Positions 1 to 11,500 of a DNA stretch of 64,000 nt are shown here, one piece after another. Made by a program: the position numbers and the translations under genes. The stretch comes from Flectonema sp. DT1601. Its lineage: Eukaryota. The stretch's first letter is position 1. The number at the start of each line of letters is the position of its first letter. Under the pieces are notes generated by a model. That model was not told where the DNA came from and made no database searches. It saw only the letters and a program-made list of their open reading frames with translations. The DNA lies in contig OZ025793.1 in NCBI GenBank assembly GCA_964019425.1, forward strand, positions 744,001-808,000, read 5' to 3'.

Positions 1-2610
1 CCATGCACACCTCGCCCGCCATACACACCTCGCCCGCCATACACACCACCACCTCAGCCTCCAAAGCCAACAGCTGTGCCGACATCCGTACCAACAGCTG
101 TGCCGACATCTGTGCCAATTGTACCGACATCCGTGCCAACAGCTGTACCAACTTCTGTGCCAATTGTACCGACATCCGTACCGACAGCTGTTCCAACTTC
201 TGTGCCAATTGTACCGACATCCGTACCGACAGCTGTTCCAACTTCTGTGCCAATTGTACCGACATCCGTACCGACAGCTGTGCCAACATCCGTACCAATT
301 GTACCGACATCCGTGCCAACAGCTGTACCAACATCTGTGCCAATTGTACCGACATCCGTGCCAACAGCTGTGCCAACAGCTGTGCCAACATCTGTGCCAA
401 TTGTACCAACAGCTGTGCCAACTGTACCAACACCGCAGCCGGAAGGAGAAACGCCAACTCCACAACCCAGCCAGCCAACGCCAACTCCACCAGGCCAATC
501 AACGCCAACTCCACCCGGCCAGCCGACGCCAACTCCACCTGGGCAGTCAACGCCAACTCCACCCGGCCAGCCAACGCCAACTCCACCAGGCCAATCAACG
601 CCAACTCCACCAGGCCAATCAACGCCAACTCCACCCGGCCAGCCAACTCCAACTCCACCCGGCCAGTCAACACCAACTCCACCCGGCCAGCCAACTCCAA
701 CTCCACCCGGCCAGCCAACGCCAACTCCACAACCTGAAGATGGCAGTCAGCCAACGCCAACACCGCAGCCAGAAGGAGAAACGCCAACTCCACCCGGCCA
801 GCCAACACCACAACCTGAAGATGGCAGCCAGCCAACGCCAACACCGCAGCCGGAAGGAGAATCACCAACACCGCAGCCTGAAGAAGGAGGTGGACCAACT
901 CCCCAGCCAGAAGGCGAATCACCAACACCGCAACCTGAAGAAGGAGGTGGGCCAACTCCCCAGCCAGAAGGTGAATCACCAACACCGCAGCCTGAAGAAG
1001 GAGGTGGGCCAACTCCCCAGCCAGAAGGTGAATCACCAACACCGCAGCCTGAAGAAGGAGGTGGGCCAACTCCCCAGCCAGAAGGCGAATCACCAACTCC
1101 GCAACCCGAAGAAGGAGGTGGGCCAACTCCACAACCTGAAGGAGAAGAAGGTGGCGGACCTACTCCACAACCTGAAGGAGAAGAAGGTGGCGGACCTACT
1201 CCACAACCTGAAGGAGAAGAAGGTGGCGGACCAACTCCACAACCTGAAGGAGAAGAAGGTGGCGGACCAACTCCACAACCTGAAGGAGAAGAAGGTGGCG
1301 GACCAACTCCACAACCTGAAGGAGAAGAAGGTGGCGGACCGACTCCACAACCTGAAGGAGAAGAAGGTGGCGGACCGACTCCACAACCTGAAGGAGAAGA
1401 AGGTGGCGGACCAACTCCACAACCTGAAGGAGAAGAGGGTGGTGAATCACCAACACCGCAGCCTGAAGGAGAAGAAGGTGGCGGCGAACCTACCCCCCAA
1501 CCTGATGAAGAAGGCGAAGAAGGTGGACCGACTCCGCAACCAGAAGAAGGAGGGGAAGGACCAGGAGAAGGAGGGGAAGGACCATTTCCGGGAGAAGGGG
1601 GCGAAGGAGAACAAATCAACGCCTGCGGTGAGACTATCTCGGAGTGGGGAAGTTGCATTGCCGCACCGCACTGCTGCTCTGACGGTCTGAAGTGTTTTCA
1701 GAGAAGCGCGGGATCGGCTAGATGTGCAAAAGCTTGTGAAGGCGAGGCTTGCAGGGAATTCGGAAGTAGCGAGCCTCCAGTGTCGGGGGGAGAGCTGGGG
1801 GAGAAGGCACCTGTTTGCGGAAATTGCGAAAGCGGGAAGAAGGGAGGTGTGTACTGTACGAGTAGGGGAAAGGGTGCAAAGAACACGTGCAGTGCGATCC
1901 CGAAGTCGGGTACCTGTCCTGCTGGGAAGACGAAATGCTTTGGTAGTGCGAGCGAGGCGTCTAGAGCGAGAAAGTTGGTGCGGTTGGTGTTGAGAAGGGG
2001 AATTGATTCCTTTGCGAAGACGCAATTCGGAAACATGCTGCAGGGGTTATTTAATCCTGAGGTTCAGATATCGTTCAAATTCATCTGCCCGAGCAGCGCC
2101 TGTCCACAAGGGAGCTGTGGTGGTGCTTCGGTTGGAGATTCTTCGACGTGCTTGAAGCTTGACGGCACGGATTCGAGGAGGGCTGCTGCTCTGGAAAACG
2201 ATGGGAAGGAGGAAGGAAGTGTTGTGGCTTTTGAAATCGAAGGGGGAAGCGCTGTGGGACTGGTGCGCGCTTTCAACAAGAAGCAACTTCCCGGAGTTGT
2301 AGCCATGCACGAAGAGTGGGAGATGCAGAGAGGAGCTGCAGATGATGATGAAACTGCGGTAGAAGAAGAGAAGAGCAAGAAGGAAGATGAGAGCAGCAAG
2401 GGTTTTCTTCCTATCTTGATAACAGCTGTGTCGGTGGTTGCCGGATGTGTGTTGGTGGCTGTTGCTACCGTGTTCTACAGACGGTCGAAGGCGGCTGACG
2501 ATTTCGCTGCTAGTCACCAAGGTATCGACATGACCTCTCTGACAACGATGAGCCATCCTGCGGTCAACAACGAGGAGAAGAAAGACTTCGTTTCTGAGTT
2601 GCGCATTTGA
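1..2610 (+). CDS. 5'-partial copy of GH18-like/mucin type-I membrane protein (array copy 1)
   Basis: Same translation as the C-terminal part of 3895..7227, offset by 4617 bp; runs off the window start. Confidence 0.85.
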   Translation, partial: PCTPRPPYTPRPPYTPPPQPPKPTAVPTSVPTAVPTSVPIVPTSVPTAVPTSVPIVPTSVPTAVPTSVPIVPTSVPTAVPTSVPIVPTSVPTAVPTSVPIVPTSVPTAVPTSVPIVPTSVPTAVPTAVPTSVPIVPTAVPTVPTPQPEGETPTPQPSQPTPTPPGQSTPTPPGQPTPTPPGQSTPTPPGQPTPTPPGQSTPTPPGQSTPTPPGQPTPTPPGQSTPTPPGQPTPTPPGQPTPTPQPEDGSQPTPTPQPEGETPTPPGQPTPQPEDGSQPTPTPQPEGESPTPQPEEGGGPTPQPEGESPTPQPEEGGGPTPQPEGESPTPQPEEGGGPTPQPEGESPTPQPEEGGGPTPQPEGESPTPQPEEGGGPTPQPEGEEGGGPTPQPEGEEGGGPTPQPEGEEGGGPTPQPEGEEGGGPTPQPEGEEGGGPTPQPEGEEGGGPTPQPEGEEGGGPTPQPEGEEGGGPTPQPEGEEGGESPTPQPEGEEGGGEPTPQPDEEGEEGGPTPQPEEGGEGPGEGGEGPFPGEGGEGEQINACGETISEWGSCIAAPHCCSDGLKCFQRSAGSARCAKACEGEACREFGSSEPPVSGGELGEKAPVCGNCESGKKGGVYCTSRGKGAKNTCSAIPKSGTCPAGKTKCFGSASEASRARKLVRLVLRRGIDSFAKTQFGNMLQGLFNPEVQISFKFICPSSACPQGSCGGASVGDSSTCLKLDGTDSRRAAALENDGKEEGSVVAFEIEGGSAVGLVRAFNKKQLPGVVAMHEEWEMQRGAADDDETAVEEEKSKKEDESSKGFLPILITAVSVVAGCVLVAVATVFYRRSKAADDFAASHQGIDMTSLTTMSHPAVNNEEKKDFVSELRI

Positions 2611-3844
2611 GCAAAGCGGGACTCTAATAAAATAACTAGCAGTTTTTGAAGATGATGCGACTTTCAGGTGAGAATTCGCTAGAAAATAGAGTTCCCTTTG
2701 TTGGACAATTCCTTTTTCAACGAGTATCTTCATGCAATCAAATCAAGAAAAAAAAGAAGAAAAAAAAAAGAATGTTTTATATAAAATGATGTGTTTTAAT
2801 TATGATTTCCTCTCCAGTATTATATTACTAGCGGATTGCAGAAGGCCCGCTTGGCTCATTTTGCTTCCTCTTTCGTTAATCCCTTTATAAAATTATATAC
2901 CCTGAAAAAAACAGGGGAGGAATATTAGCCTGCAAGGTTTTATTTCTCAAACTCACTTCCTCACTTCCTCACCCCCTCTTACTGATGTATTGCTCTGTTA
3001 GGGTGACCGACGATCACCATGCAACCCTTTTAGTTAAATGGAAAAAGGGGAGGCCTGTCAAGCTTAATTTGTTCCCTTGCAAGGCCACTCACCCACTCAA
3101 TCTTACTGACTGTTGGGGTGATCGACGATCACTTGTTTGCCTGTCCCACTATTGTGTTGGTGACGTAGTGCTTCAAAGTGACGCACCTTTTTAATTTTCT
3201 TTTCAATCACCGTGCACCCAACTGCACGATGGTGCCTCACTCTACACCACTTTACCCAATATATCGATGGTCGATGCCTAACATACCAATGCGCTCTAAC
3301 TGATGATGGTAACTTAATTGACTTTCGGGTTGGGAATGCAACGGTTGAAGACATTCTGGCTCCGATATCCTTTTTGACGGTGCCTGCTAATAACATTAGC
3401 TAACACTCTGTCTTCTTATTCTTATTCTTATTCTAATTCTTAGATGGCTAATCATTAGCTGCTACGTTGCAACTTATTTTTATTTCTTTATCAGGGTATC
3501 GTTAAAAGTATGCGAGAGAGGAGGAGAAATGATTTTAACTTTTTTCAAAACTAGTTTTTCGATTGGGGAAGAAAAAAAAAAAAAAAAAAACGGAACTCTA
3601 AATGGAGACTCTGAAAGCGAAACATACATATCAGAGATAACCTAAGCCGGAGTTGAGAAGGTCGTCAACGGAAGGAATGAAAGTAATGGAAAGTTTGTAC
3701 CAGTACGGCAGCAGATCTGGTTTCTGGAGACTACGTTCATTTATTTAAAACTACTAAAACACTTTTGACAGTATTTGCTGTCACTGTATTCGATACTTAC
3801 ATTACGATATGTTGATTGGAATATTATTGGTGAATTCCCTTGTT

Positions 3845-3872
3845 GCTTTCCCTTATTATTTTCACTAAACAG
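3845..3872 (+). promoter_or_regulatory. Candidate (trans-)splice acceptor upstream of mucin gene ATG (repeated in each unit)
   Basis: Pyrimidine-rich tract then ...ttcactaaacAG, 22 nt before the ATG; resembles the 3' ends of the cis-introns in this window. Confidence 0.4.
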
Positions 3873-3894
3873 TTTGCTTCTTAAAACACGAAAC

Positions 3895-6800
3895 ATGATT
3901 AAGGAAGGAATTCCACTGTTGCTGCTGTCACTCGCTCGTGGAGCTGATTGTTTTCAGAACCCCACCAGTGCTGCGTATGTCGAGAACTGGAAAACCTGCC
4001 CGACTGCTGATCAGACCGACGGGTTCAAGACGCTGTTGATCTCCTCTGCGGTAACTTATGACGGATCACCCGGTATGAACAGCTGTAACACTCAATGTGA
4101 GATCGGGAGTCCGGTTCCGGTTTGCGACAACCAAGCAAACGCAATGCTGGTATCGCAGTGGCAGTCAGATGGAAAGAAAGTCATCTTGGAGTTCGGTGAT
4201 GGCGGAATGGACGGTTCCGGTTCGCAACGGAACGGTGGCGGCAGCAGCACCACTGGCAACGACTGCTGGGAATATTGTTTTGGAAAGGAAGGGTTTGTAG
4301 CCAAGCAACTTATTGATATCGTACTCAATCAGGGATTTGATGGAATTGACGTCGACTTCAATTACCAGTCGTCGGATCCCCGAAAAAATGCGAAGGGACA
4401 GTTTTTCCTGCACGGCCTGACGCAGAAGCTTCTGCAACAGCTTCCTGCAGACAAGGAGCTCTCACACGGCATGTTGGCGAAGCCGTTCCCTGCACCGACC
4501 AATCCGACGACACCGTCTGGGCCTTCGATTAATCGTTGGAGAAGACCTCCTTCACGGAGAACCCCTCCTTCACGGAGAACCCGACCTGGTAAGCCCGGCT
4601 GCAAGCCGACTCCGCCGCCATGCACACCTCGCCCGCCATACACACCTCGCCCGCCATACACACCACCACCTCAGCCTCCAAAGCCAACAGCTGTGCCGAC
4701 ATCCGTACCAACAGCTGTGCCGACATCTGTGCCAATTGTACCGACATCCGTGCCAACAGCTGTACCAACTTCTGTGCCAATTGTACCGACATCCGTACCG
4801 ACAGCTGTTCCAACTTCTGTGCCAATTGTACCGACATCCGTACCGACAGCTGTTCCAACTTCTGTGCCAATTGTACCGACATCCGTACCGACAGCTGTGC
4901 CAACATCCGTACCAATTGTACCGACATCCGTGCCAACAGCTGTACCAACATCTGTGCCAATTGTACCGACATCCGTGCCAACAGCTGTGCCAACAGCTGT
5001 GCCAACATCTGTGCCAATTGTACCAACAGCTGTGCCAACTGTACCAACACCGCAGCCGGAAGGAGAAACGCCAACTCCACAACCCAGCCAGCCAACGCCA
5101 ACTCCACCAGGCCAATCAACGCCAACTCCACCCGGCCAGCCGACGCCAACTCCACCTGGGCAGTCAACGCCAACTCCACCCGGCCAGCCAACGCCAACTC
5201 CACCAGGCCAATCAACGCCAACTCCACCAGGCCAATCAACGCCAACTCCACCCGGCCAGCCAACTCCAACTCCACCCGGCCAGTCAACACCAACTCCACC
5301 CGGCCAGCCAACTCCAACTCCACCCGGCCAGCCAACGCCAACTCCACAACCTGAAGATGGCAGTCAGCCAACGCCAACACCGCAGCCAGAAGGAGAAACG
5401 CCAACTCCACCCGGCCAGCCAACACCACAACCTGAAGATGGCAGCCAGCCAACGCCAACACCGCAGCCGGAAGGAGAATCACCAACACCGCAGCCTGAAG
5501 AAGGAGGTGGACCAACTCCCCAGCCAGAAGGCGAATCACCAACACCGCAACCTGAAGAAGGAGGTGGGCCAACTCCCCAGCCAGAAGGTGAATCACCAAC
5601 ACCGCAGCCTGAAGAAGGAGGTGGGCCAACTCCCCAGCCAGAAGGTGAATCACCAACACCGCAGCCTGAAGAAGGAGGTGGGCCAACTCCCCAGCCAGAA
5701 GGCGAATCACCAACTCCGCAACCCGAAGAAGGAGGTGGGCCAACTCCACAACCTGAAGGAGAAGAAGGTGGCGGACCTACTCCACAACCTGAAGGAGAAG
5801 AAGGTGGCGGACCTACTCCACAACCTGAAGGAGAAGAAGGTGGCGGACCAACTCCACAACCTGAAGGAGAAGAAGGTGGCGGACCAACTCCACAACCTGA
5901 AGGAGAAGAAGGTGGCGGACCAACTCCACAACCTGAAGGAGAAGAAGGTGGCGGACCGACTCCACAACCTGAAGGAGAAGAAGGTGGCGGACCGACTCCA
6001 CAACCTGAAGGAGAAGAAGGTGGCGGACCAACTCCACAACCTGAAGGAGAAGAGGGTGGTGAATCACCAACACCGCAGCCTGAAGGAGAAGAAGGTGGCG
6101 GCGAACCTACCCCCCAACCTGATGAAGAAGGCGAAGAAGGTGGACCGACTCCGCAACCAGAAGAAGGAGGGGAAGGACCAGGAGAAGGAGGGGAAGGACC
6201 ATTTCCGGGAGAAGGGGGCGAAGGAGAACAAATCAACGCCTGCGGTGAGACTATCTCGGAGTGGGGAAGTTGCATTGCCGCACCGCACTGCTGCTCTGAC
6301 GGTCTGAAGTGTTTTCAGAGAAGCGCGGGATCGGCTAGATGTGCAAAAGCTTGTGAAGGCGAGGCTTGCAGGGAATTCGGAAGTAGCGAGCCTCCAGTGT
6401 CGGGGGGAGAGCTGGGGGAGAAGGCACCTGTTTGCGGAAATTGCGAAAGCGGGAAGAAGGGAGGTGTGTACTGTACGAGTAGGGGAAAGGGTGCAAAGAA
6501 CACGTGCAGTGCGATCCCGAAGTCGGGTACCTGTCCTGCTGGGAAGACGAAATGCTTTGGTAGTGCGAGCGAGGCGTCTAGAGCGAGAAAGTTGGTGCGG
6601 TTGGTGTTGAGAAGGGGAATTGATTCCTTTGCGAAGACGCAATTCGGAAACATGCTGCAGGGGTTATTTAATCCTGAGGTTCAGATATCGTTCAAATTCA
6701 TCTGCCCGAGCAGCGCCTGTCCACAAGGGAGCTGTGGTGGTGCTTCGGTTGGAGATTCTTCGACGTGCTTGAAGCTTGACGGCACGGATTCGAGGAGGGC

Positions 6801-7227
6801 TGCTGCTCTGGAAAACGATGGGAAGGAGGAAGGAAGTGTTGTGGCTTTTGAAATCGAAGGGGGAAGCGCTGTGGGACTGGTGCGCGCTTTCAACAAGAAG
6901 CAACTTCCCGGAGTTGTAGCCATGCACGAAGAGTGGGAGATGCAGAGAGGAGCTGCAGATGATGATGAAACTGCGGTAGAAGAAGAGAAGAGCAAGAAGG
7001 AAGATGAGAGCAGCAAGGGTTTTCTTCCTATCTTGATAACAGCTGTGTCGGTGGTTGCCGGATGTGTGTTGGTGGCTGTTGCTACCGTGTTCTACAGACG
7101 GTCGAAGGCGGCTGACGATTTCGCTGCTAGTCACCAAGGTATCGACATGACCTCTCTGACAACGATGAGCCATCCTGCGGTCAACAACGAGGAGAAGAAA
7201 GACTTCGTTTCTGAGTTGCGCATTTGA
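3895..7227 (+). CDS. Type-I membrane glycoprotein, 1110 aa: signal peptide, degenerate partial GH18 chitinase-like domain, Pro/Thr/Glu mucin stalk, Cys-rich modules, TM helix, short tail (copy 2)
   Basis: ATG at 3895 begins MIKEGIPLLLLSLARGADC (signal-like). GH18-like motifs KKVILEFGDGG and GFDGIDVDFNY. Long PTSV/PTAV, PTPPGQ and PTPQPEGEEGGG repeats. Cys modules. Hydrophobic FLPILITAVSVVAGCVLVAVATVFY followed by RR. Confidence 0.85.
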   Translation: MIKEGIPLLLLSLARGADCFQNPTSAAYVENWKTCPTADQTDGFKTLLISSAVTYDGSPGMNSCNTQCEIGSPVPVCDNQANAMLVSQWQSDGKKVILEFGDGGMDGSGSQRNGGGSSTTGNDCWEYCFGKEGFVAKQLIDIVLNQGFDGIDVDFNYQSSDPRKNAKGQFFLHGLTQKLLQQLPADKELSHGMLAKPFPAPTNPTTPSGPSINRWRRPPSRRTPPSRRTRPGKPGCKPTPPPCTPRPPYTPRPPYTPPPQPPKPTAVPTSVPTAVPTSVPIVPTSVPTAVPTSVPIVPTSVPTAVPTSVPIVPTSVPTAVPTSVPIVPTSVPTAVPTSVPIVPTSVPTAVPTSVPIVPTSVPTAVPTAVPTSVPIVPTAVPTVPTPQPEGETPTPQPSQPTPTPPGQSTPTPPGQPTPTPPGQSTPTPPGQPTPTPPGQSTPTPPGQSTPTPPGQPTPTPPGQSTPTPPGQPTPTPPGQPTPTPQPEDGSQPTPTPQPEGETPTPPGQPTPQPEDGSQPTPTPQPEGESPTPQPEEGGGPTPQPEGESPTPQPEEGGGPTPQPEGESPTPQPEEGGGPTPQPEGESPTPQPEEGGGPTPQPEGESPTPQPEEGGGPTPQPEGEEGGGPTPQPEGEEGGGPTPQPEGEEGGGPTPQPEGEEGGGPTPQPEGEEGGGPTPQPEGEEGGGPTPQPEGEEGGGPTPQPEGEEGGGPTPQPEGEEGGESPTPQPEGEEGGGEPTPQPDEEGEEGGPTPQPEEGGEGPGEGGEGPFPGEGGEGEQINACGETISEWGSCIAAPHCCSDGLKCFQRSAGSARCAKACEGEACREFGSSEPPVSGGELGEKAPVCGNCESGKKGGVYCTSRGKGAKNTCSAIPKSGTCPAGKTKCFGSASEASRARKLVRLVLRRGIDSFAKTQFGNMLQGLFNPEVQISFKFICPSSACPQGSCGGASVGDSSTCLKLDGTDSRRAAALENDGKEEGSVVAFEIEGGSAVGLVRAFNKKQLPGVVAMHEEWEMQRGAADDDETAVEEEKSKKEDESSKGFLPILITAVSVVAGCVLVAVATVFYRRSKAADDFAASHQGIDMTSLTTMSHPAVNNEEKKDFVSELRI
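4685..6200 (+). repeat. Coding minisatellites of the mucin stalk (repeated in each array unit)
   Basis: Successive tandem units encoding PTSVPTAVPTSVPIV (45 nt), PTPPGQ(S/P)T (24 nt), PTPQPEGESPTPQPEEGGG (57 nt) and PTPQPEGEEGGG (36 nt). Confidence 0.9.
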
Positions 7228-8511
7228 GCAAAGCGGGACTCTAATAAAATAACTAGCAGTTTTTGAAGATGATGCGACTTTCAGGTGAGAATTCGCTAGA
7301 AAATAGAGTTCCCTTTGTTGGACAATTCCTTTTTCAACGAGTATCTTCATGCAATCAAATCAAGAAAAAAAAGAAGAAAAAAAAAAGAATGTTTTATATA
7401 AAATGATGTGTTTTAATTATGATTTCCTCTCCAGTATTATATTACTAGCGGATTGCAGAAGGCCCGCTTGGCTCATTTTGCTTCCTCTTTCGTTAATCCC
7501 TTTATAAAATTATATACCCTGAAAAAAACAGGGGAGGAATATTAGCCTGCAAGGTTTTATTTCTCAAACTCACTTCCTCACTTCCTCACCCCCTCTTACT
7601 GATGTATTGCTCTGTTAGGGTGACCGACGATCACCATGCAACCCTTTTAGTTAAATGGAAAAAGGGGAGGCCTGTCAAGCTTAATTTGTTCCCTTGCAAG
7701 GCCACTCACCCACTCAATCTTACTGACTGTTGGGGTGATCGACGATCACTTGTTTGCCTGTCCCACTATTGTGTTGGTGACGTAGTGCTTCAAAGTGACG
7801 CACCTTTTTAATTTTCTTTTCAATCACCGTGCACCCAACTGCACGATGGTGCCTCACTCTACACCACTTTACCCAATATATCGATGGTCGATGCCTAACA
7901 TACCAATGCGCTCTAACTGATGATGGTAACTTAATTGACTTTCGGGTTGGGAATGCAACGGTTGAAGACATTCTGGCTCCGATATCCTTTTTGACGGTGC
8001 CTGCTAATAACATTAGCTAACACTCTGTCTTCTTATTCTTATTCTTATTCTAATTCTTAGATGGCTAATCATTAGCTGCTACGTTGCAACTTATTTTTAT
8101 TTCTTTATCAGGGTATCGTTAAAAGTATGCGAGAGAGGAGGAGAAATGATTTTAACTTTTTTCAAAACTAGTTTTTCGATTGGGGAAGAAAAAAAAAAAA
8201 AAAAAAACGGAACTCTAAATGGAGACTCTGAAAGCGAAACATACATATCAGAGATAACCTAAGCCGGAGTTGAGAAGGTCGTCAACGGAAGGAATGAAAG
8301 TAATGGAAAGTTTGTACCAGTACGGCAGCAGATCTGGTTTCTGGAGACTACGTTCATTTATTTAAAACTACTAAAACACTTTTGACAGTATTTGCTGTCA
8401 CTGTATTCGATACTTACATTACGATATGTTGATTGGAATATTATTGGTGAATTCCCTTGTTGCTTTCCCTTATTATTTTCACTAAACAGTTTGCTTCTTA
8501 AAACACGAAAC

Positions 8512-11500
8512 ATGATTAAGGAAGGAATTCCACTGTTGCTGCTGTCACTCGCTCGTGGAGCTGATTGTTTTCAGAACCCCACCAGTGCTGCGTATGTCGA
8601 GAACTGGAAAACCTGCCCGACTGCTGATCAGACCGACGGGTTCAAGACGCTGTTGATCTCCTCTGCGGTAACTTATGACGGATCACCCGGTATGAACAGC
8701 TGTAACACTCAATGTGAGATCGGGAGTCCGGTTCCGGTTTGCGACAACCAAGCAAACGCAATGCTGGTATCGCAGTGGCAGTCAGATGGAAAGAAAGTCA
8801 TCTTGGAGTTCGGTGATGGCGGAATGGACGGTTCCGGTTCGCAACGGAACGGTGGCGGCAGCAGCACCACTGGCAACGACTGCTGGGAATATTGTTTTGG
8901 AAAGGAAGGGTTTGTAGCCAAGCAACTTATTGATATCGTACTCAATCAGGGATTTGATGGAATTGACGTCGACTTCAATTACCAGTCGTCGGATCCCCGA
9001 AAAAATGCGAAGGGACAGTTTTTCCTGCACGGCCTGACGCAGAAGCTTCTGCAACAGCTTCCTGCAGACAAGGAGCTCTCACACGGCATGTTGGCGAAGC
9101 CGTTCCCTGCACCGACCAATCCGACGACACCGTCTGGGCCTTCGATTAATCGTTGGAGAAGACCTCCTTCACGGAGAACCCCTCCTTCACGGAGAACCCG
9201 ACCTGGTAAGCCCGGCTGCAAGCCGACTCCGCCGCCATGCACACCTCGCCCGCCATACACACCTCGCCCGCCATACACACCACCACCTCAGCCTCCAAAG
9301 CCAACAGCTGTGCCGACATCCGTACCAACAGCTGTGCCGACATCTGTGCCAATTGTACCGACATCCGTGCCAACAGCTGTACCAACTTCTGTGCCAATTG
9401 TACCGACATCCGTACCGACAGCTGTTCCAACTTCTGTGCCAATTGTACCGACATCCGTACCGACAGCTGTTCCAACTTCTGTGCCAATTGTACCGACATC
9501 CGTACCGACAGCTGTGCCAACATCCGTACCAATTGTACCGACATCCGTGCCAACAGCTGTACCAACATCTGTGCCAATTGTACCGACATCCGTGCCAACA
9601 GCTGTGCCAACAGCTGTGCCAACATCTGTGCCAATTGTACCAACAGCTGTGCCAACTGTACCAACACCGCAGCCGGAAGGAGAAACGCCAACTCCACAAC
9701 CCAGCCAGCCAACGCCAACTCCACCAGGCCAATCAACGCCAACTCCACCCGGCCAGCCGACGCCAACTCCACCTGGGCAGTCAACGCCAACTCCACCCGG
9801 CCAGCCAACGCCAACTCCACCAGGCCAATCAACGCCAACTCCACCAGGCCAATCAACGCCAACTCCACCCGGCCAGCCAACTCCAACTCCACCCGGCCAG
9901 TCAACACCAACTCCACCCGGCCAGCCAACTCCAACTCCACCCGGCCAGCCAACGCCAACTCCACAACCTGAAGATGGCAGTCAGCCAACGCCAACACCGC
10001 AGCCAGAAGGAGAAACGCCAACTCCACCCGGCCAGCCAACACCACAACCTGAAGATGGCAGCCAGCCAACGCCAACACCGCAGCCGGAAGGAGAATCACC
10101 AACACCGCAGCCTGAAGAAGGAGGTGGACCAACTCCCCAGCCAGAAGGCGAATCACCAACACCGCAACCTGAAGAAGGAGGTGGGCCAACTCCCCAGCCA
10201 GAAGGTGAATCACCAACACCGCAGCCTGAAGAAGGAGGTGGGCCAACTCCCCAGCCAGAAGGTGAATCACCAACACCGCAGCCTGAAGAAGGAGGTGGGC
10301 CAACTCCCCAGCCAGAAGGCGAATCACCAACTCCGCAACCCGAAGAAGGAGGTGGGCCAACTCCACAACCTGAAGGAGAAGAAGGTGGCGGACCTACTCC
10401 ACAACCTGAAGGAGAAGAAGGTGGCGGACCTACTCCACAACCTGAAGGAGAAGAAGGTGGCGGACCAACTCCACAACCTGAAGGAGAAGAAGGTGGCGGA
10501 CCAACTCCACAACCTGAAGGAGAAGAAGGTGGCGGACCAACTCCACAACCTGAAGGAGAAGAAGGTGGCGGACCGACTCCACAACCTGAAGGAGAAGAAG
10601 GTGGCGGACCGACTCCACAACCTGAAGGAGAAGAAGGTGGCGGACCAACTCCACAACCTGAAGGAGAAGAGGGTGGTGAATCACCAACACCGCAGCCTGA
10701 AGGAGAAGAAGGTGGCGGCGAACCTACCCCCCAACCTGATGAAGAAGGCGAAGAAGGTGGACCGACTCCGCAACCAGAAGAAGGAGGGGAAGGACCAGGA
10801 GAAGGAGGGGAAGGACCATTTCCGGGAGAAGGGGGCGAAGGAGAACAAATCAACGCCTGCGGTGAGACTATCTCGGAGTGGGGAAGTTGCATTGCCGCAC
10901 CGCACTGCTGCTCTGACGGTCTGAAGTGTTTTCAGAGAAGCGCGGGATCGGCTAGATGTGCAAAAGCTTGTGAAGGCGAGGCTTGCAGGGAATTCGGAAG
11001 TAGCGAGCCTCCAGTGTCGGGGGGAGAGCTGGGGGAGAAGGCACCTGTTTGCGGAAATTGCGAAAGCGGGAAGAAGGGAGGTGTGTACTGTACGAGTAGG
11101 GGAAAGGGTGCAAAGAACACGTGCAGTGCGATCCCGAAGTCGGGTACCTGTCCTGCTGGGAAGACGAAATGCTTTGGTAGTGCGAGCGAGGCGTCTAGAG
11201 CGAGAAAGTTGGTGCGGTTGGTGTTGAGAAGGGGAATTGATTCCTTTGCGAAGACGCAATTCGGAAACATGCTGCAGGGGTTATTTAATCCTGAGGTTCA
11301 GATATCGTTCAAATTCATCTGCCCGAGCAGCGCCTGTCCACAAGGGAGCTGTGGTGGTGCTTCGGTTGGAGATTCTTCGACGTGCTTGAAGCTTGACGGC
11401 ACGGATTCGAGGAGGGCTGCTGCTCTGGAAAACGATGGGAAGGAGGAAGGAAGTGTTGTGGCTTTTGAAATCGAAGGGGGAAGCGCTGTGGGACTGGTGC

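Noticed and set aside
60..1500. Regular short repeats resembling a CRISPR array
   Set aside because: In-frame coding tandem repeats without unique spacers; no cas genes; eukaryotic context.
3775..3894. 40-aa N-terminal extension of the 1150-aa ORF (also at 8392 and 13009)
   Set aside because: Starts at TTG, spans a pyrimidine tract and a likely splice acceptor; the ATG at 3895 gives a proper signal peptide.
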